The position numbers and the translations under genes were made by a program. Positions 25,742 to 39,560 of a stretch of 64,000 nt of DNA are shown one piece after another (within the stretch, counting starts at the first letter, position 1; every line of letters starts with the position of its first letter). Source of the stretch: Octopus sinensis (taxonomy: Eukaryota); assembly GCF_006345805.1 (NCBI RefSeq), contig NC_043004.1, positions 9,052,001 through 9,116,000 on the forward strand, in the 5' to 3' direction. A model generated the notes under the pieces. The model saw nothing but the letters and a program-made list of their open reading frames with translations, was not told where the DNA came from and did not search any database.

Positions 25742-26808
25742 AGAATGGAACCGATATATCAATTCAATCTAGACTCTTACAAACGCTACACCTTTAAAAT
25801 GAAATGGACATGTTTGATTGGCCCTTTAGAAAAAACGGTCAATCTTCGAGCGATAAACAAAAAGGTCAAAAATATATGTATATATATATAAAAAAAAAAC
25901 TTATAAAAATTATAAAATCCGAGGAAAAAACCTTACATTGAATAAAATACATATTGACGTTATGAAGAAAGTACAAATTAATGCATAGAATTAAACCTGT
26001 TATAAATATTACACTGCAATACATATTATATTAAAATCTACATATATATATCAACATACACAAAAGGATGCGCGTAAACGCCATACATATACAGACGTAT
26101 GAATATAAATCTAAATATACACATAAATGCATGTGTACATATATTCACGCAAACCATCTCGCACGCAAGCTAAAAATCATGTATGTCGCAATTCTCATAT
26201 ACTGAGTAAGGGGGGGGACGAAAGAAAGGGAGAGAGAGAAAAAGGAACGAAGGAGGGGTGGGGGAAAAAACGAAATAAGAAAAAATTATGTATACAAGCA
26301 GTGTAACGGCATTATTGGCATATATGGAGACAAGTATACATACACAAGTTCGGATGGATACATATACATACAGTCGTGTATATGTGTGCTTAAGCACAAA
26401 CATACTTTCACTTACACATACACAGATACGCATGCTTACAAATACATATGCTTTGCCATACACATACTTATATCAACATTTTAATTTTGACAACATTGTT
26501 TTTTTTTAAAAAAAACATTGCTTTTTAAAAATGGGTGCATTAATAAAAATATATATATACGAAAGACATATAAAATAAAATATAACATCCTATTTTGGGT
26601 CATTTATAAATAATCAAGGTAATATAAATAATCAAGGTAATCCTATACAATACAATAACATGAAAAAAAGTGGAGGTTTTTCCTAATATATATGTAGAAA
26701 CATAAGACTTTGCTATACGGATTAAGATCGCATAGCTTGAAACAAAATCCATCGTAGTGCTCATCGTTCAAGAGTCAAAATCAAAATCAAAAATACAAAA
26801 TATATACT

Positions 26809-27655
26809 CTATCCATATGGTATATTTATATTCGACATTTTAAATTTAGCCGCGTGCCTACATAAGTTCATTAGCTCACTTCTTTGATTCAAAGAATTAT
26901 TGTCTTTGAATAAGATGTACATTTTTTCTAATAGACAAAGCTTGCACTTGAAATTATTTTTGTATGCTCCATGCCTGTATGGTGCCGCCCTGTCCAGAAT
27001 GCTCCATGTCACGTTGAAAGGTGGGGCTTCCTTTTCTTTTAGTTCCCAGACATATTTTGCTAGGCTGGTTTTCTTCCTATTCTCTGGGTATTTAAATGAA
27101 TTTTTATGAGAATAAAATCTTGTTTTAAATGAATTTTCTGAAGCCCCTGTGTATGTCTTGTATTCCGATGAGCCTTCCACTTGCACCTTGGCTCTATAAA
27201 CTACTCCTTTCACTAGACATTTCCCTTCTAACGGACAGGAGCTTTCGTTTTTGAAATTACATTTCTTAATGGGCTCGGCACCATGTCTAATCTCAATTAG
27301 CTCCTATTATGTGGCTAATGTAAGAGGCGAAATTTCTGCAACAAGAATAGCTAACCTTCAGGGTTCTTCATTAAATATCCTATAGAATTTATGACCCTGC
27401 TTAAAATGCTTAGAGACTAATCTCAAAAATTCCTTACCTATATTAGTCTTTACGGCCAAATTGAAAGCCGGGTTGAACCACAAAACTTTCCTGGTCCTAG
27501 TTCTTCGTGCAGCATTATTATCAGCATTAAGCTGGTTGAACTGGATCTTCTCAGAGAATCCACTATTCTTTAATGCGCTATCGTAATAAGGTGCAGCATT
27601 ATGGAATGCTGCCTCGTCCGAAGAAATTGAAGATATTCTTCTACCTACATTGCCG
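26809..27655 (-). pseudogene. PLE ORF C-terminus with GIY-YIG endonuclease (frameshifted upstream of 27213)
   Basis: RRISSISSDEAAFHNAAPYYDSALKNSG...RKVLWFNPAF...KTNIGKEFLRLVSKHF...IFN / KVSYSC / CPLEGKCLVKGVVYRAKV...YTGASENSFKTRFYSHKNSF...CKLCLLEK...LNQRSELMNLCRH; GVVY/YTG/R/H/E/N pattern of GIY-YIG. Confidence 0.9.
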
Positions 27656-27656
27656 A

Positions 27657-27912
27657 CTAAGTTCCTAAGGATAACTGTGGTTTCGTAGCCGTGGACAGTG
27701 AGCCCAATGGCGCACAGAGCGATCTCTGGTCGCCATAGCGCTCACTGTGGTCTCGTAGCCGTGGACAGTGAGCCCAATGGCGCCCAGAGCCCAGCTCAAC
27801 ACACTCCTTATACCCTAAGTAAGTCATGTGTAAAATTTGAATGAAATTGGTTGTGTAGTTCTCAAGTTTTAGGGAAACACACAGACAGACAGGCACACAT
27901 TCTCAGATACAT
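27657..27912 (+). mobile_element. Probable non-autonomous Helitron/DINE-like 3' fragment with a 70-bp-period minisatellite
   Basis: Ends AAATTTGAATGAAATTGGTTGTGTAGTTCTCAAGTTTTAGGGAAACACACAGACAGACAG, the usual architecture of such 3' ends; 27674-27720 repeats at 27744-27790. Confidence 0.5.
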
Positions 27913-28017
27913 AAAAGAATGAGAGTGGGTGATGTTTTGCTTGTTGGACAATGTATTAAGGTAGTTTTTTTTTTTATTGTTTTAAACGAAGAGGCAATGT
28001 GTTTGTTTCAAAAATAG

Positions 28018-28056
<39 letters not shown>

Positions 28057-29166
28057 GCATATGTTTGTCTACATGTGTGTGTAGCTATTTAGGATCTACA
28101 CAAATTTTATATATACTCCACGAAGTTTATGATAAGCGGAGATGTTTACATTTTAGTTAGCTATTTACATGTTTACGTTAACTACGTCACAAAATAGCTT
28201 GTTTACGTCACAGTAACAATATTTTGAGAAGCAGTAAATAATATGAGGCCGAAAGAAAGAATATCATTGGTTAAAATTCGAATTTTTAAACAACGTTAAA
28301 CTTAGAAATTACAATTCCGTTTTCATTTTGGTTTACAATTATGTTTTCTTTTGACACATTCTACCAGTATACGAAGTTTCAAATTGTTTAGTTTACTAGG
28401 AAAATCTGGCTTTCAAAAAGAAAAGATCCATAGACACAAATACTCATATAACATCAAACTCAATGAATCGTTGACATATATGCGTAAATTTAATCACGTA
28501 TGTATATACATATACACACGCATGTATGTATACGCCTCGGCAAATTGAAATGCACACATAAATATACAAACGCGCTCACACGCATGCATTCGTGCGTGTG
28601 TGTGTTTGTGTGTGTGTGTGTGAGAGAGAGAGAGACAGAGAGAGAGAGAGAATAAATGCTTGCATACGTGTACAGGCTTATCGGACGGTTTGCTGGTTTT
28701 GCCTTCAAGCGACATCTGCCATTGAGAACATTGTCTATGGATAGAGCGAATCAGTGAAGCGTGTGATTTCTAAACGAACCGTGTCACAGGCGAGTTAAGT
28801 AGAGGGAAAGAAGGAGGGGAGAGAAAGAGGTAAGTAGAGAGAGAGGGAGCCGGTGTCGTAGAGATGTAGCGTTTGATTGGGCGCCTTGTGTTATGGGCTG
28901 AGGTTGGTGAAAGGGGCAAGAAATGCTGGATGCTGCATGGCTATGTGAACGTGTGCGCGTGTGTGCACGCGTGCGCAGAGCTGCCTCCTTGCGTTCGTTT
29001 CTTTTCATGTCCACAGACATAAACACGCATTAACACCCACACATAAATATGTGTGTGCGCCTGCGTGTGTGTGTTTGTACATTTGTGTGTGAGCGTGTGT
29101 ATGTGTATGTGTGTATGTGTGTGTATGTATGCATGTATGTATATATATATACATATATATATATAT

Positions 29167-29207
<41 letters not shown>

Positions 29208-29221
29208 AATGTATATACACT

Positions 29222-29596
29222 TTTACTCTTTGACTTGTTTCAGTCATTTGACTGCGGCCATGCTGGAGCACCGCCTTTAGTCGAGCAAATCGACCCCGGG
29301 ACTTATTCTTTGTATGCCCAGTACTTATTCTATCGGTCTCTTTTGCCGAACCGCTAAGTTACACACCAGCATTGGTTGTCAAGCAATGCTAGGGGGACAA
29401 ACACAGACATACATATATATATATATATAAATATATACATATATACGACAGGCTTCTTTCAGTTTCCGTCTACCAAATCCACTCACAAGGCCCGGGGCTA
29501 TAGCAGAGGACAATTGCCCAAGATGCCACGCAGTGGGACTGAACCCGGAACCATGAGGCTGGTTAGCAAGCTACTTACCACACAGACACTCCTGCG

Positions 29597-29597
<1 letters not shown>
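29222..29597 (-). mobile_element. tRNA-derived SINE, family A, near full length
   Basis: Head (complement of GTGTGGTAAG...GGTTCAGTCCC), body, and 3' GGCGGTGCTCCAGCATGGCCGCAGTCAAATGACTGAAAC. Confidence 0.9.
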
Positions 29598-29671
<74 letters not shown>

Positions 29672-29728
29672 TAGCTAAAGGTGACCCGCTCTACGCGCGG
29701 GTAAGAGTGTGGTTGTTACTTTCTGTTG

Positions 29729-30028
29729 CTTCCTTTCGGCACGTAAAAAGCACCATCCGATCGTGGCCGATGGCAGCGCTGCCTTGACTGGCTTCTGTTC
29801 CGGTGGCACGTAAGCACCCCTCCCCCCGTGGCACCTCTGCCGGTGGCACGAAAAAGCACCCACTACAATCACGGAGTGGTTGGCGTTAGGAAGGGCATCA
29901 AGCTGTAGAAACATTGCCAGATCAGACTGGAGCCTGGTGCAGCCTCCTTGCTTCCCAGACCCCGGTCAAACCGTCCAACCCGTGCTAGCACGGAAAACGG
30001 ACGTTAAACGATGATGATGATGATGATT
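29729..30028 (+). mobile_element. SINE family C (3' part) with (GAT)n tail
   Basis: GGCACGTAAAAAGCACC repeats, TTGGCGTTAGGAAGGGCATC (V-domain-like), and tail CCGTCCAACCCGTGCTAGCACGGAAAACGGACGTTAAAC(GAT)n. Confidence 0.75.
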
Positions 30029-30817
30029 CTCCCTCTTTGTTTCTCTCTCACTTTCCCACTCTCTTACTCTTCCTTTCTCTCGAACTCTCTCTCGCTTTCT
30101 CTTACTCTCTATCTTTATCTATCTCTCTCCCATTTATAAACAACAAAAGATCTTGAGTAGGTTGAGAAAGAATATATTTTGAAAGATCAATCATAAATAT
30201 CAGGCAGTGACAACGGAAAGGTCTGCTTCAAAGCAGACAGCAAAACACTAACATTTAAAAGGGACAGACGAACTTGCGAGCTGAATATAAATAAAAAAAA
30301 TATTGGAAACCAAAGTTTGAAGGGATAGAATCTGAGGATAGTAGAGTCACCATGGCTGGCATTTCTTAACGACGGACAGAAACGTATTGACAGTTTAACG
30401 GCTGGCGTAAAATTTTAAACTTGATGTAAAAGAAAATTCCTAAACACCAAGTTTTGAAGTGATTCTTTCTCCCGAAAGTAGACTCACCATGGCAAACATT
30501 CAAAACTTCTTCACCATGGACGGCAACACATTGACGATTAAAAGGCTGTTGCACATTTTTTAGCTTGATGTAACAGATAATTCCTAAACACCCGCTCCTG
30601 TAAATTTTAATCCCCTTCCAGCCCCATTTAGACCGCTTTTCACATTTTGGTTAATATAACCGGATTTCATTCGGGTCTACTCGGGCCACATTTTATAAGG
30701 TGAGAAATTTCGTCCTAGAGGTCACGCCTTTCATTTGAGGAAAAAAATAGTTGCCATGCAAACTCGCCAGCAATTTTAACATAGGTATGCATATTTGTAT
30801 ACAAATTATATATTATA

Positions 30818-30922
<105 letters not shown>

Positions 30923-30929
30923 CATATAT

Positions 30930-31140
30930 AAATTAAATTAGAGATAAAACCACTATTAGGCAAATCAAACAGTGAAAAACATAAACCAAAACATAAAAAT
31001 AAAAATATAATATACAAAATATATAAAATATAAAAATTAAAAAATTTAAATTATTTAAATTTAAAATTAAAATTATTAATTTATATTTAATTTTTTAAAA
31101 ATATATATAACTATCAAAAAGTATTAAAAAGTTTAATATA
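30930..31140 (-). mobile_element. Second copy of the 22198 AT-rich terminal repeat
   Basis: First ~70 bp nearly identical to 22198-22268; follows (TA)n. Confidence 0.7.
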
Positions 31141-31717
31141 CATAAATACAGATATATACAGTTTGTATATATGCATTATATATACATATTTATATATAGA
31201 ACACACACACACATACACATATATAAATTAACCCAATAAATATCTGATTCATAATATTTGTTCTCATGATTGTGTGTTGGTGGTTGCGATGATCATTCTC
31301 TCTATGAATGCAGACAGACGTAGAGAGAGAGAGAGAGTGTGAAAGCGCTGTCGAAGGCGGGGAGGGGGGACGCTGTGAAACGACGTTATAAAGACAAAGT
31401 GAAGGTAAGGGAGTTAGACGCTGTGAAACGACGTTATATATAGGTGAAAGGAAGGGAGGAAAGAGAGTGAGTGATGGAGGAAGACAGATACATAAAATAA
31501 TGAGAGTAGACTTGTCAAAGTGCGTTTTTGGCCCTAGCAACGACACTTTTTAAGATGGGGGTTTCTAACCTAGCCCACTCGCATTCTCACCTCATTTTAC
31601 ATGTCCCTGTAAATTTTGGAGTCAATCCGACGGGATCTAGTGGCCTTTAACCCGTTCTCAATGCCAAAACCAGACAAGCAAACAAACAAACAACAAACAA
31701 ACTTTTCGCATTTCAGA

Positions 31718-31780
<63 letters not shown>

Positions 31781-33239
31781 CTGCTCGCTTAGCCAGCGGG
31801 GTGGCATCATTTGAAGGTTAAAACAATGCGAAGTTCATTGTGACCAGCGATGTGTAGCAACATCTGATAGTCTGGTCGGTCACGGTGATATATATATATA
31901 TATAAACGTATATATAAACATAAATGTATGTTTGTATACATACGAACATACAAACACGATCATATCTCTCCACACACACACACACACACACACACACATA
32001 ATATAGAGTTAGATGTAGGAATGAGAGGGAAAAAACTGTTTGAGGGAACGCTCGATGTTGTGCCGTGCGGATGTACTTGTGTGCGTGTGTATGTGTGTGT
32101 GTGTGTGCGTGTGTATGTGCGAGCGCGTGTGTGAAATCGTTGTCGGTTTTGAAAGTGGTCAGGGTGGATGGTAGTTTTAATACCGAGGATCGTGGCTGCT
32201 TGTAAAGATGGACGACGACAATAGACATAAAATTCCTTCAATCAAAATACGCGTATTAAATGTGAAAGGAGAAGTTTAGACTTCGGGGTGGGCGTAAGTG
32301 CAGCCTGGCGATTACCGAGGCCTGTTCCGTTGACGGTGAGTTTTTAGGTGAATTGTTATTCCTGTTGTTGTTCAACCCTAGGTCACCCTTGATCCATCAG
32401 ACCTCGGATCAAACAAATCATCAAATTCCAACTATGACCATCTTGTCATTTTCACTTGTGAATCCAGGGGAAACATTATCCAATGTGCTCTTTTTTTTTT
32501 TAATGACAGAAAGAAGTGTGTGTGTGATTTGAGCGAGAGGTGGCTACTATTTCTAGCAGGATGTAAAAGATCCTTTGTAAGCACCATGTCCACAACTAGC
32601 TCACTAATAGGGTCACTCTTGTCTGAAGATGTATTTCCCATGCCCCATCACCCAATTCTTTTAGCTTACGATAGAATTTTTGCCAGTACAAGATTGCTCC
32701 TTATTTTATCTCCATCCGCCTCTGGGTTGAAGAACGAAAGGATCAAACGTGGCCACAGAGAAATTCGATCTTACAATCTCTATATGCTTGATTGATAATT
32801 TTTATTTTTATTTGATAAACCTTGCAGTAATGAGAGACAAAATGGATCGCGCTGAGATTTGAACTTGAAATTTGAAACAACGTAATGAAACAACACAAAA
32901 CATTTTGGCTGACTCCCTTTTCTGCTAATTTATACTTCCTCTCGCGTCTCTCAAAATATTGCCTTGTCACATAAGTTTCAGCGTTTTATTATTTTTTTCC
33001 CCTTTATTTTAATCTTTATTTGTCATCGACAATTCAAACAAGTCAGTCGATAACTTCTTCATTGTTCCCGAGATCTTGCCAACGTTCCATTAACCTTGTC
33101 GAAATCATCAGATCTTGACTCGAAGATTTCACTCAACTACGTTTTCTGTCCCACGTCGTTGTTAAACGAAACGCCTCACAATCTGATGGAGGGCGAGCAA
33201 AAAAAGTCGATGAACTGAAGATGCTATATCAGAAATATA

Positions 33240-33800
33240 CAGTGGGTGCGATAAGACTTTTTAGCCGAGCTCTTGAATAACATTTTTGGTCTCATGAAGC
33301 ATTTTTGGTCGCATTGACGTGGAGACAAGCAATGTCATGATGAAGAAGCAAGCAGTGTTGCCGGTCGTGTTGTTTGGGTTTTATACATCGCGTGAAGGTG
33401 AAAAATGATGGTATCATGAGAGGATTCCATCTGTTGGGCGATATTCCTGAGTGCAGTGGTGCGGAACCTCGTGGACGAGCCCGTTCAATCAATCCTCATT
33501 GAAGTGAACAGGTCAACCGGAACTCGAAAAGTGTGCGAGGTCGAATTTCCCCTCTTTCTTGAACAGGAAAACCATTTCTGTGCAATCCTTTCACTAACAG
33601 CGCTTTTCCCCTCCACAGCACAAATATCTGAAGAAGCTTTAGTAGTTTAAGAACCTTGATTGGAAGTGAAGATATTCGTCTGAAAAGAGTTAGAATTTCT
33701 TCAAATTTCAAAAACGATGAACAAAAATTGTAGAGAAAAGAATAGAGACAAAAAATAAACAACAAAAACTGCGAAACACTACGATAAATACATCCGCCGT
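33240..33800 (-). mobile_element. Mariner transposase remnant, internally deleted
   Basis: Minus-strand frames give CAVEGKSAVSERIAQKWF (helix-turn-helix region) and LLLHHDIACLHV (cf. LLHDNARPH). Confidence 0.6.
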
Positions 33801-34967
33801 ATTAATTCCAATAACATTAGAAAAAACGAATTTCTATGACAACCTAATAGTAGTGGTATGTTGTCAACTTAATGTGACAGTCCCATGAAAGGAAATAATA
33901 CTACTGCTATTTAGCCCTAGGAAGCACCGCTTCCTGTCGGCCTTGACACATTTCCTGTGTCCTTCACATTAAGTTGACAACATACCACCACTTTATCATG
34001 TTACTACTCTATAAATCTCTCTGAGAGATTTAGAAATCTATTATTTCCAAACTAATAGGAGTTTTTTTGTCTCTATTCTTCCTCTCCATCTTTTGTTCAT
34101 CGTTTTTGAAATTTGAAGAAATTCTATCTCTTTTCAGACAAATGTCTTCAGGTTCACATTATAATTTACTGTCTTAAAACAAAGCAAAAAACGACTTGCT
34201 GGATAATGCATTCCTAGGTTCACTTTGTTCTTTGACCTTTTATGAATTTACGTCATTGGAATGTGGCCATGCTTGGGCACCCCGTGTTAGGGATTTAGTT
34301 GATTTAAACGACTCTGGTATTTGTATGATGGTAGTTATTTTGTCAAGAATATAAGACAGGGCGGTTACGGTTGGAATGTCTATGATCGTAGGTTGCTCTA
34401 TCAGAGATGACCGACGTCTGAACAAGACTAACAAACACAACAACAATAACAATTATAACAAATCAATTAACATCTGGAAGACTTTCCGAATCGTCGCTGT
34501 CTGTGTTTTACTCTTTCCGGTTTCATTCATTGGAATTCGATTGTGTTGGGGCGAAGGACTTCAAAAATCATAATCGGTCGAATCTATATTCATTCACCGA
34601 GGCATTGGCCTGCTTCGAACAATACTAGAAGAGACGAGTTCAAGGTGTAACACAGTGAGGCTTGACCTGATTTTACATGATTTCGAAGCAAAATTCTTAA
34701 CCATAGTGTCATGGTTCCTAAATAATTTTTAAACGATTTAATTTTAGAAGTAGAATGGTAACATTCGAATCGTTTAGTTTGCTGTTGTTTGGACCCAAGC
34801 CAGACCTGATCAAAAGAACTTATAAGCAATTGCATTCCAGCCGTGACACTCTCGTTTTCTTTGTGTCTATTTAGCGCCATATCCAGACACGAATTCAGGT
34901 CCGGTTGATAACGTTACTCTTGGCAGAAACTCGTTTCGTGGCATTGATATATTTATATTTATTCCAA

Positions 34968-35185
34968 GACAGCAAAATGGTAGCATCGTTAGCATGCCGA
35001 GCAGCTAAATGCTTAGCAGCATTTCGTCCGTCTTTACGTTCTGAGTTCAAATCCCGCCGACGTTTACTTTGCCCTCCATCGTTTCGGGGTAGATGAAATA
35101 AGTACCAGTTGAGTACTGGGGTTTATGTAATCGACTTAATCCCTACCCCGACACTGCAGGTCTTGTGCAGGAATTTGAAACTAAT
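34968..35185 (+). mobile_element. SINE family B
   Basis: CGTTAGCATGCCG...TACGTTCTGAGTTCAAAT...TTTCGGGGT.GAT.AAATAAGTACCAG. Confidence 0.8.
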
Positions 35186-35568
35186 ATCCATATATACTCT
35201 TTTTCAGTTTGATTGATTGATTGATTCTAGTTTCAGCTCACGAGCTGTGGCCATGCTGGGGCACCGCATGTTATTTATGATTTGAAATGTATTTTTCACT
35301 TGTTAAAAACCACGCACACATAAACACATATACACATCCCCACACACGTATATGCATTTATATATATATATAGGGAAGACGAGTTAGCGACTGGAATAAC
35401 TGTCTAAGGGATAAGAAAATCCGTTCTTACTACTGGTATCAATTACCTATGTTAACCCTGGGCATGGGTCTGCAGGCACACTATGCTCATTGGGTCCAGG
35501 TAACAACAGAATAAACAAAAGTTTATCAGGAATCAAATTTAAATAAGCATTTTCTGCTTATTCAAATC

Positions 35569-35599
<31 letters not shown>

Positions 35600-35689
35600 A
35601 ACACACACACATACACACACATGCACACGCACACACACACACACACAACACACACACACACACACACGCACACATGCACACATGGAGTC

Positions 35690-35874
35690 ATTGGACTGCA
35701 GCCATGCTGGGACACTGCTTTGTAGGATTTTGTCGAATCAACCGACCCAGTTCTTATTTTTCGTTTAAGGCTGGTGTTTATTCTATCGGGCACTTTATCT
35801 GAACCGCTAAGTTGTCAGTACAGAAACCAAGCCAACACCAGTGGTCAAGCGGTGCAGGGACAAGAACACACACG

Positions 35875-35931
<57 letters not shown>

Positions 35932-36078
35932 GATGGGCTTCCGCACAGTTTCCGTCTATCATATTAATTCACAATGCATTTGTCGGTTCAGGTTAAAGGA
36001 GAAGACATTTGCCGAAGGTGTCGCGCGGTGGGACTGAACCGGAAACCATGTAGTCGCAATGCGAACTCCTTAAGCACA
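35690..36078 (-). mobile_element. SINE family A with internal (CA)n
   Basis: Similarity to 29222-29597. Confidence 0.8.
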
Positions 36079-36244
36079 TGATAGATCTAGTCTTTATTGC
36101 AATGGCGTAATAATGATATGGAAATGTGGATTTCCAGGAAATGGTCGAAGTAAATGAAGAAACGGTTTGGGTCTCGGATGTCACATTGAAAAGAAAATGA
36201 AATAAGTTGAGGGTATCGTTTTACTAGAAGAAAGAAGTAACTTA

Positions 36245-36766
36245 CCGTAAATCCTCGAGTATAATCCGCATCCCTCCCCACCAAATCTAAAGGCCAAAAT
36301 CCCTAGTGCGTACTATATACTAGGTTAAAAATGAAAAACAATTTCTAAGCAATGTCCGAGTCTCTATTTGCTGTCCGGCAATGTTTATTCAGACGCATTT
36401 TGTGATGTCGGGCGTGAAAATGCCTTAAGCTAAGCCTGAAAGCAATGAAGTCATAAAAGAATCATCCATAACTTACAGTAAGCAACATTTATTAAAATAA
36501 AAGTATTCAGAACACAGAATAACATGTAACAAAAACAATTTGCAAACATATTTATATTCCCATATAACAGTTAAGAACATCACCATTATTGTATTATGCA
36601 TGCGCGGAAGTGCTTGTTCGACTAGGTGCTGCTGGCTTAATTACGCACGACTCAAGTTAGAGAAGGGGTGCGTGTTATGCACAAGGTTTAGATTTTTCAG
36701 AGGTACAGCTCCCTAAAATCTCCTGCGTGTTATACTCAAGGGCGGACTATACTCGAAGATTTACGG
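36245..36766. mobile_element. Non-autonomous Tc2/pogo-like MITE, 522 bp
   Basis: 25-bp TIRs CCGTAAATCCTCGAGTATAATCCGC / GCGGACTATACTCGAAGATTTACGG (2 mismatches), TA on both sides. Confidence 0.85.
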
Positions 36767-37289
36767 TAACCGGTTTGGAATGAAGGAATTCCAAGTGAGG
36801 AATATATTTTTGTTTAACACAGCATATCTATAAGAGATTTTAACTCGGACGAAAATCACCGTGTTTTGCCTGTCATACGGTGTAGATACGTTAAATATGA
36901 TAATATTGGTTTAATTAAATATTCTCTCAAATGCGCATACCGAAATTTTTTCTCAGCCTAGCGGTTATTTGCAATGTCAGTGAATAGTTTCCTATATCAG
37001 AAGCGAGTTGGTTGGCAGCGAGTAAAGGTCACTGACAAGGCTCAAGAAAGCCGAAATACACTTGGCGTTCCCTCTGGCATCTGCTTGGGTAGTTTTTCGT
37101 CTCTCCGAAACGTATTGTGTATTTAACTACAGCGTGACTGTTAGAGATTTTATCTTGGACCAAATCCGCAACATCTTACCTGTCAACGATACACATACTT
37201 TAATTATTGATACTTAGATTTCATTTGAAGGATATTTCAGATAGTCTTTGATCGATCACGTGACAAATTCCATCTTGAAAGTACAGGTA

Positions 37290-37326
<37 letters not shown>

Positions 37327-37482
37327 TTGTCTCCATTCCTTTCCCTCTCTTTCAGTCTGTCTGTCCGTCTCTCTTTTTCCCCAAATTCTGCTGCGCGCGC
37401 GCGTGTTTGTGTGAGAGAGAGAGAGAGACAGAGAGAGAGAGAGAGACAGAGAGAGAGAGAGACAGAGAGAGAGAGAGACAGA

Positions 37483-37516
<34 letters not shown>

Positions 37517-38273
37517 AATGAAAGTAGGTGTGCCTGCGTGTATAAGGAAAATTAGCGGTTGTTCGAACGACGAATGAAAAAAAATATCGCTCACACACAA
37601 ATACTGACATACCCCCACCACACACACCTGTGCGTGCGCGCACACACACACATTCGCACACACACACACACACACACACCACACACACACATTCGCACAC
37701 AGAGCCACGCACGCAGTAAGAGTTGAAAGTTCATTTTGTGCGCCATTCCCCCAATAACATCGCTTCACTGTTTCGATAACTAATCGAACAGAATCTAGCT
37801 GCAAATAGCTTCAATAATCTTTTCTAACTGGATTTTCTTTCTCGGAACTTCGCACAGTCTCTATGGCAACTTGTCTTTACACGAAGCATTTCGGTAATAA
37901 CTCATTTAAAGTGTGCCAAAATTGTTTATCTTCACATCTCCACTCATGTGGAAATGATGCCGAAATTTTCACACAACACTGTTAAGAGATTCACGCTTGG
38001 CATCAATCACGAACGCTTCCCCTTCTCCTAACGCACATGCGCACTGACGCACACAAGAACACACAGACATCTTAACACATTAACCACTTGCACATGCGCG
38101 CACGCACACACACACACACACACACACTCTCTCTCTCTCTCTCCCTCTCTCTCTCACATTCACAATACATACACACACAAAACCACGTACGTACACGCAT
38201 ACCATAATTTCCCTTACATATTTCCACCTTCGCCTTAATAGTATTAGTATGTGTGTGTGTATTTGTTTGTCTG

Positions 38274-38345
<72 letters not shown>

Positions 38346-39560
38346 CATACATTCATACACACACACGCACATACATATACACATATATATAACCACGTGT
38401 GTGTGTATGTGTGTGTGTGTGTGTGTCATTGCTCTGTAAGTTCAGTTCGTCTTCATTTTGGTACAGCTTTCCCTCACAGTTTCATACATACACTTATACA
38501 TACATTCATACACACACACACGTGGATTTATTCACACATACACACATATATACATGTTCACGCACACACACACACACACACACCCTGACACACCCCTATT
38601 CACTTCATACCCCCCTTTTACTCGCCTCCCCATCCCCAACACAAAATGAAGGTTTCATGAGAAAGGTTCAAAATTAGCTGCAAATTGCTCCTCCTCTTTC
38701 TTCTCCACCTCCCACCAACACCACCACCACCACCACCATCACCCAACAACAATTGCAACAATAACTATCGTCATCATTTCACCGCCTCAGCTCCATCCAT
38801 CCATCCATCCATCCATCCATTTAGCAACTCTATATATCTTCCTACTCTTCTTTCCCATAATCTTCTTGCCTTCTTCTAGCTTCTTCATCCTCCTTCCTCT
38901 TCCCTGTCTTTGCTCGCTCGCTCTCTCCTTCCCCCATCTCCCCTCCTCTCTCTGACAATGTGGAATTGATCAGCGGAAAAGCTGCCAAGGTTTACTAAAA
39001 ACATGAAAGTCAAGCAGTGAAATGTTTGCAAGTCTGAGCATTAAGAAATTGTCTTTTGATCTCCAAACCGACTGTAAATTTCCAGAGCTTGCAATTAGCC
39101 GCTTATATCATTATTCAACATTATTTGTACAGGGTAGTTAGTTAGTTATGGTAGAGAGAAGTGTTGACTCTGCCAGTGATGGTGGCTGTGGTAGGATAGC
39201 AGGAGGAAGCTAAAGAGAGGACATGTTCTGTGAGAAACAGGAATGGGGGGAACGGGGATGAGCAAAGCAGGGAGGGATGGAAGGTCGGTGGACGGAGAAA
39301 TTACAATATCAACTTTCTGTCTCATTGCTGACTCACACCGTGCTAATGGGAGTGAGGTTTTATCTTAATAATTCAGTGTTATTCAGAGACTGGATCGCTG
39401 CATTATTCAACAGCATTTGTTCAACGATGAAAATAACTACCATGTATCTGCGAAATTCCAAATCGGGCGCTCTGTCCGTGGTTGCGTTCAGTCTTACTGC
39501 TTCTGCCCACATTGGTTCCCAAATTATTAGTGTGAAAGGTATATGTCCAGAGGGATATGG

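Larger units (their letters stand above)
25592..27655 (-). mobile_element. 5'-truncated Penelope-like element: RT thumb/linker + GIY-YIG endonuclease, AT-rich 3' region, HHR-bearing terminus, (TA)n
   Basis: See the pseudogene at 26809-27655 and the HHR at 25688-25741. Confidence 0.8.
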
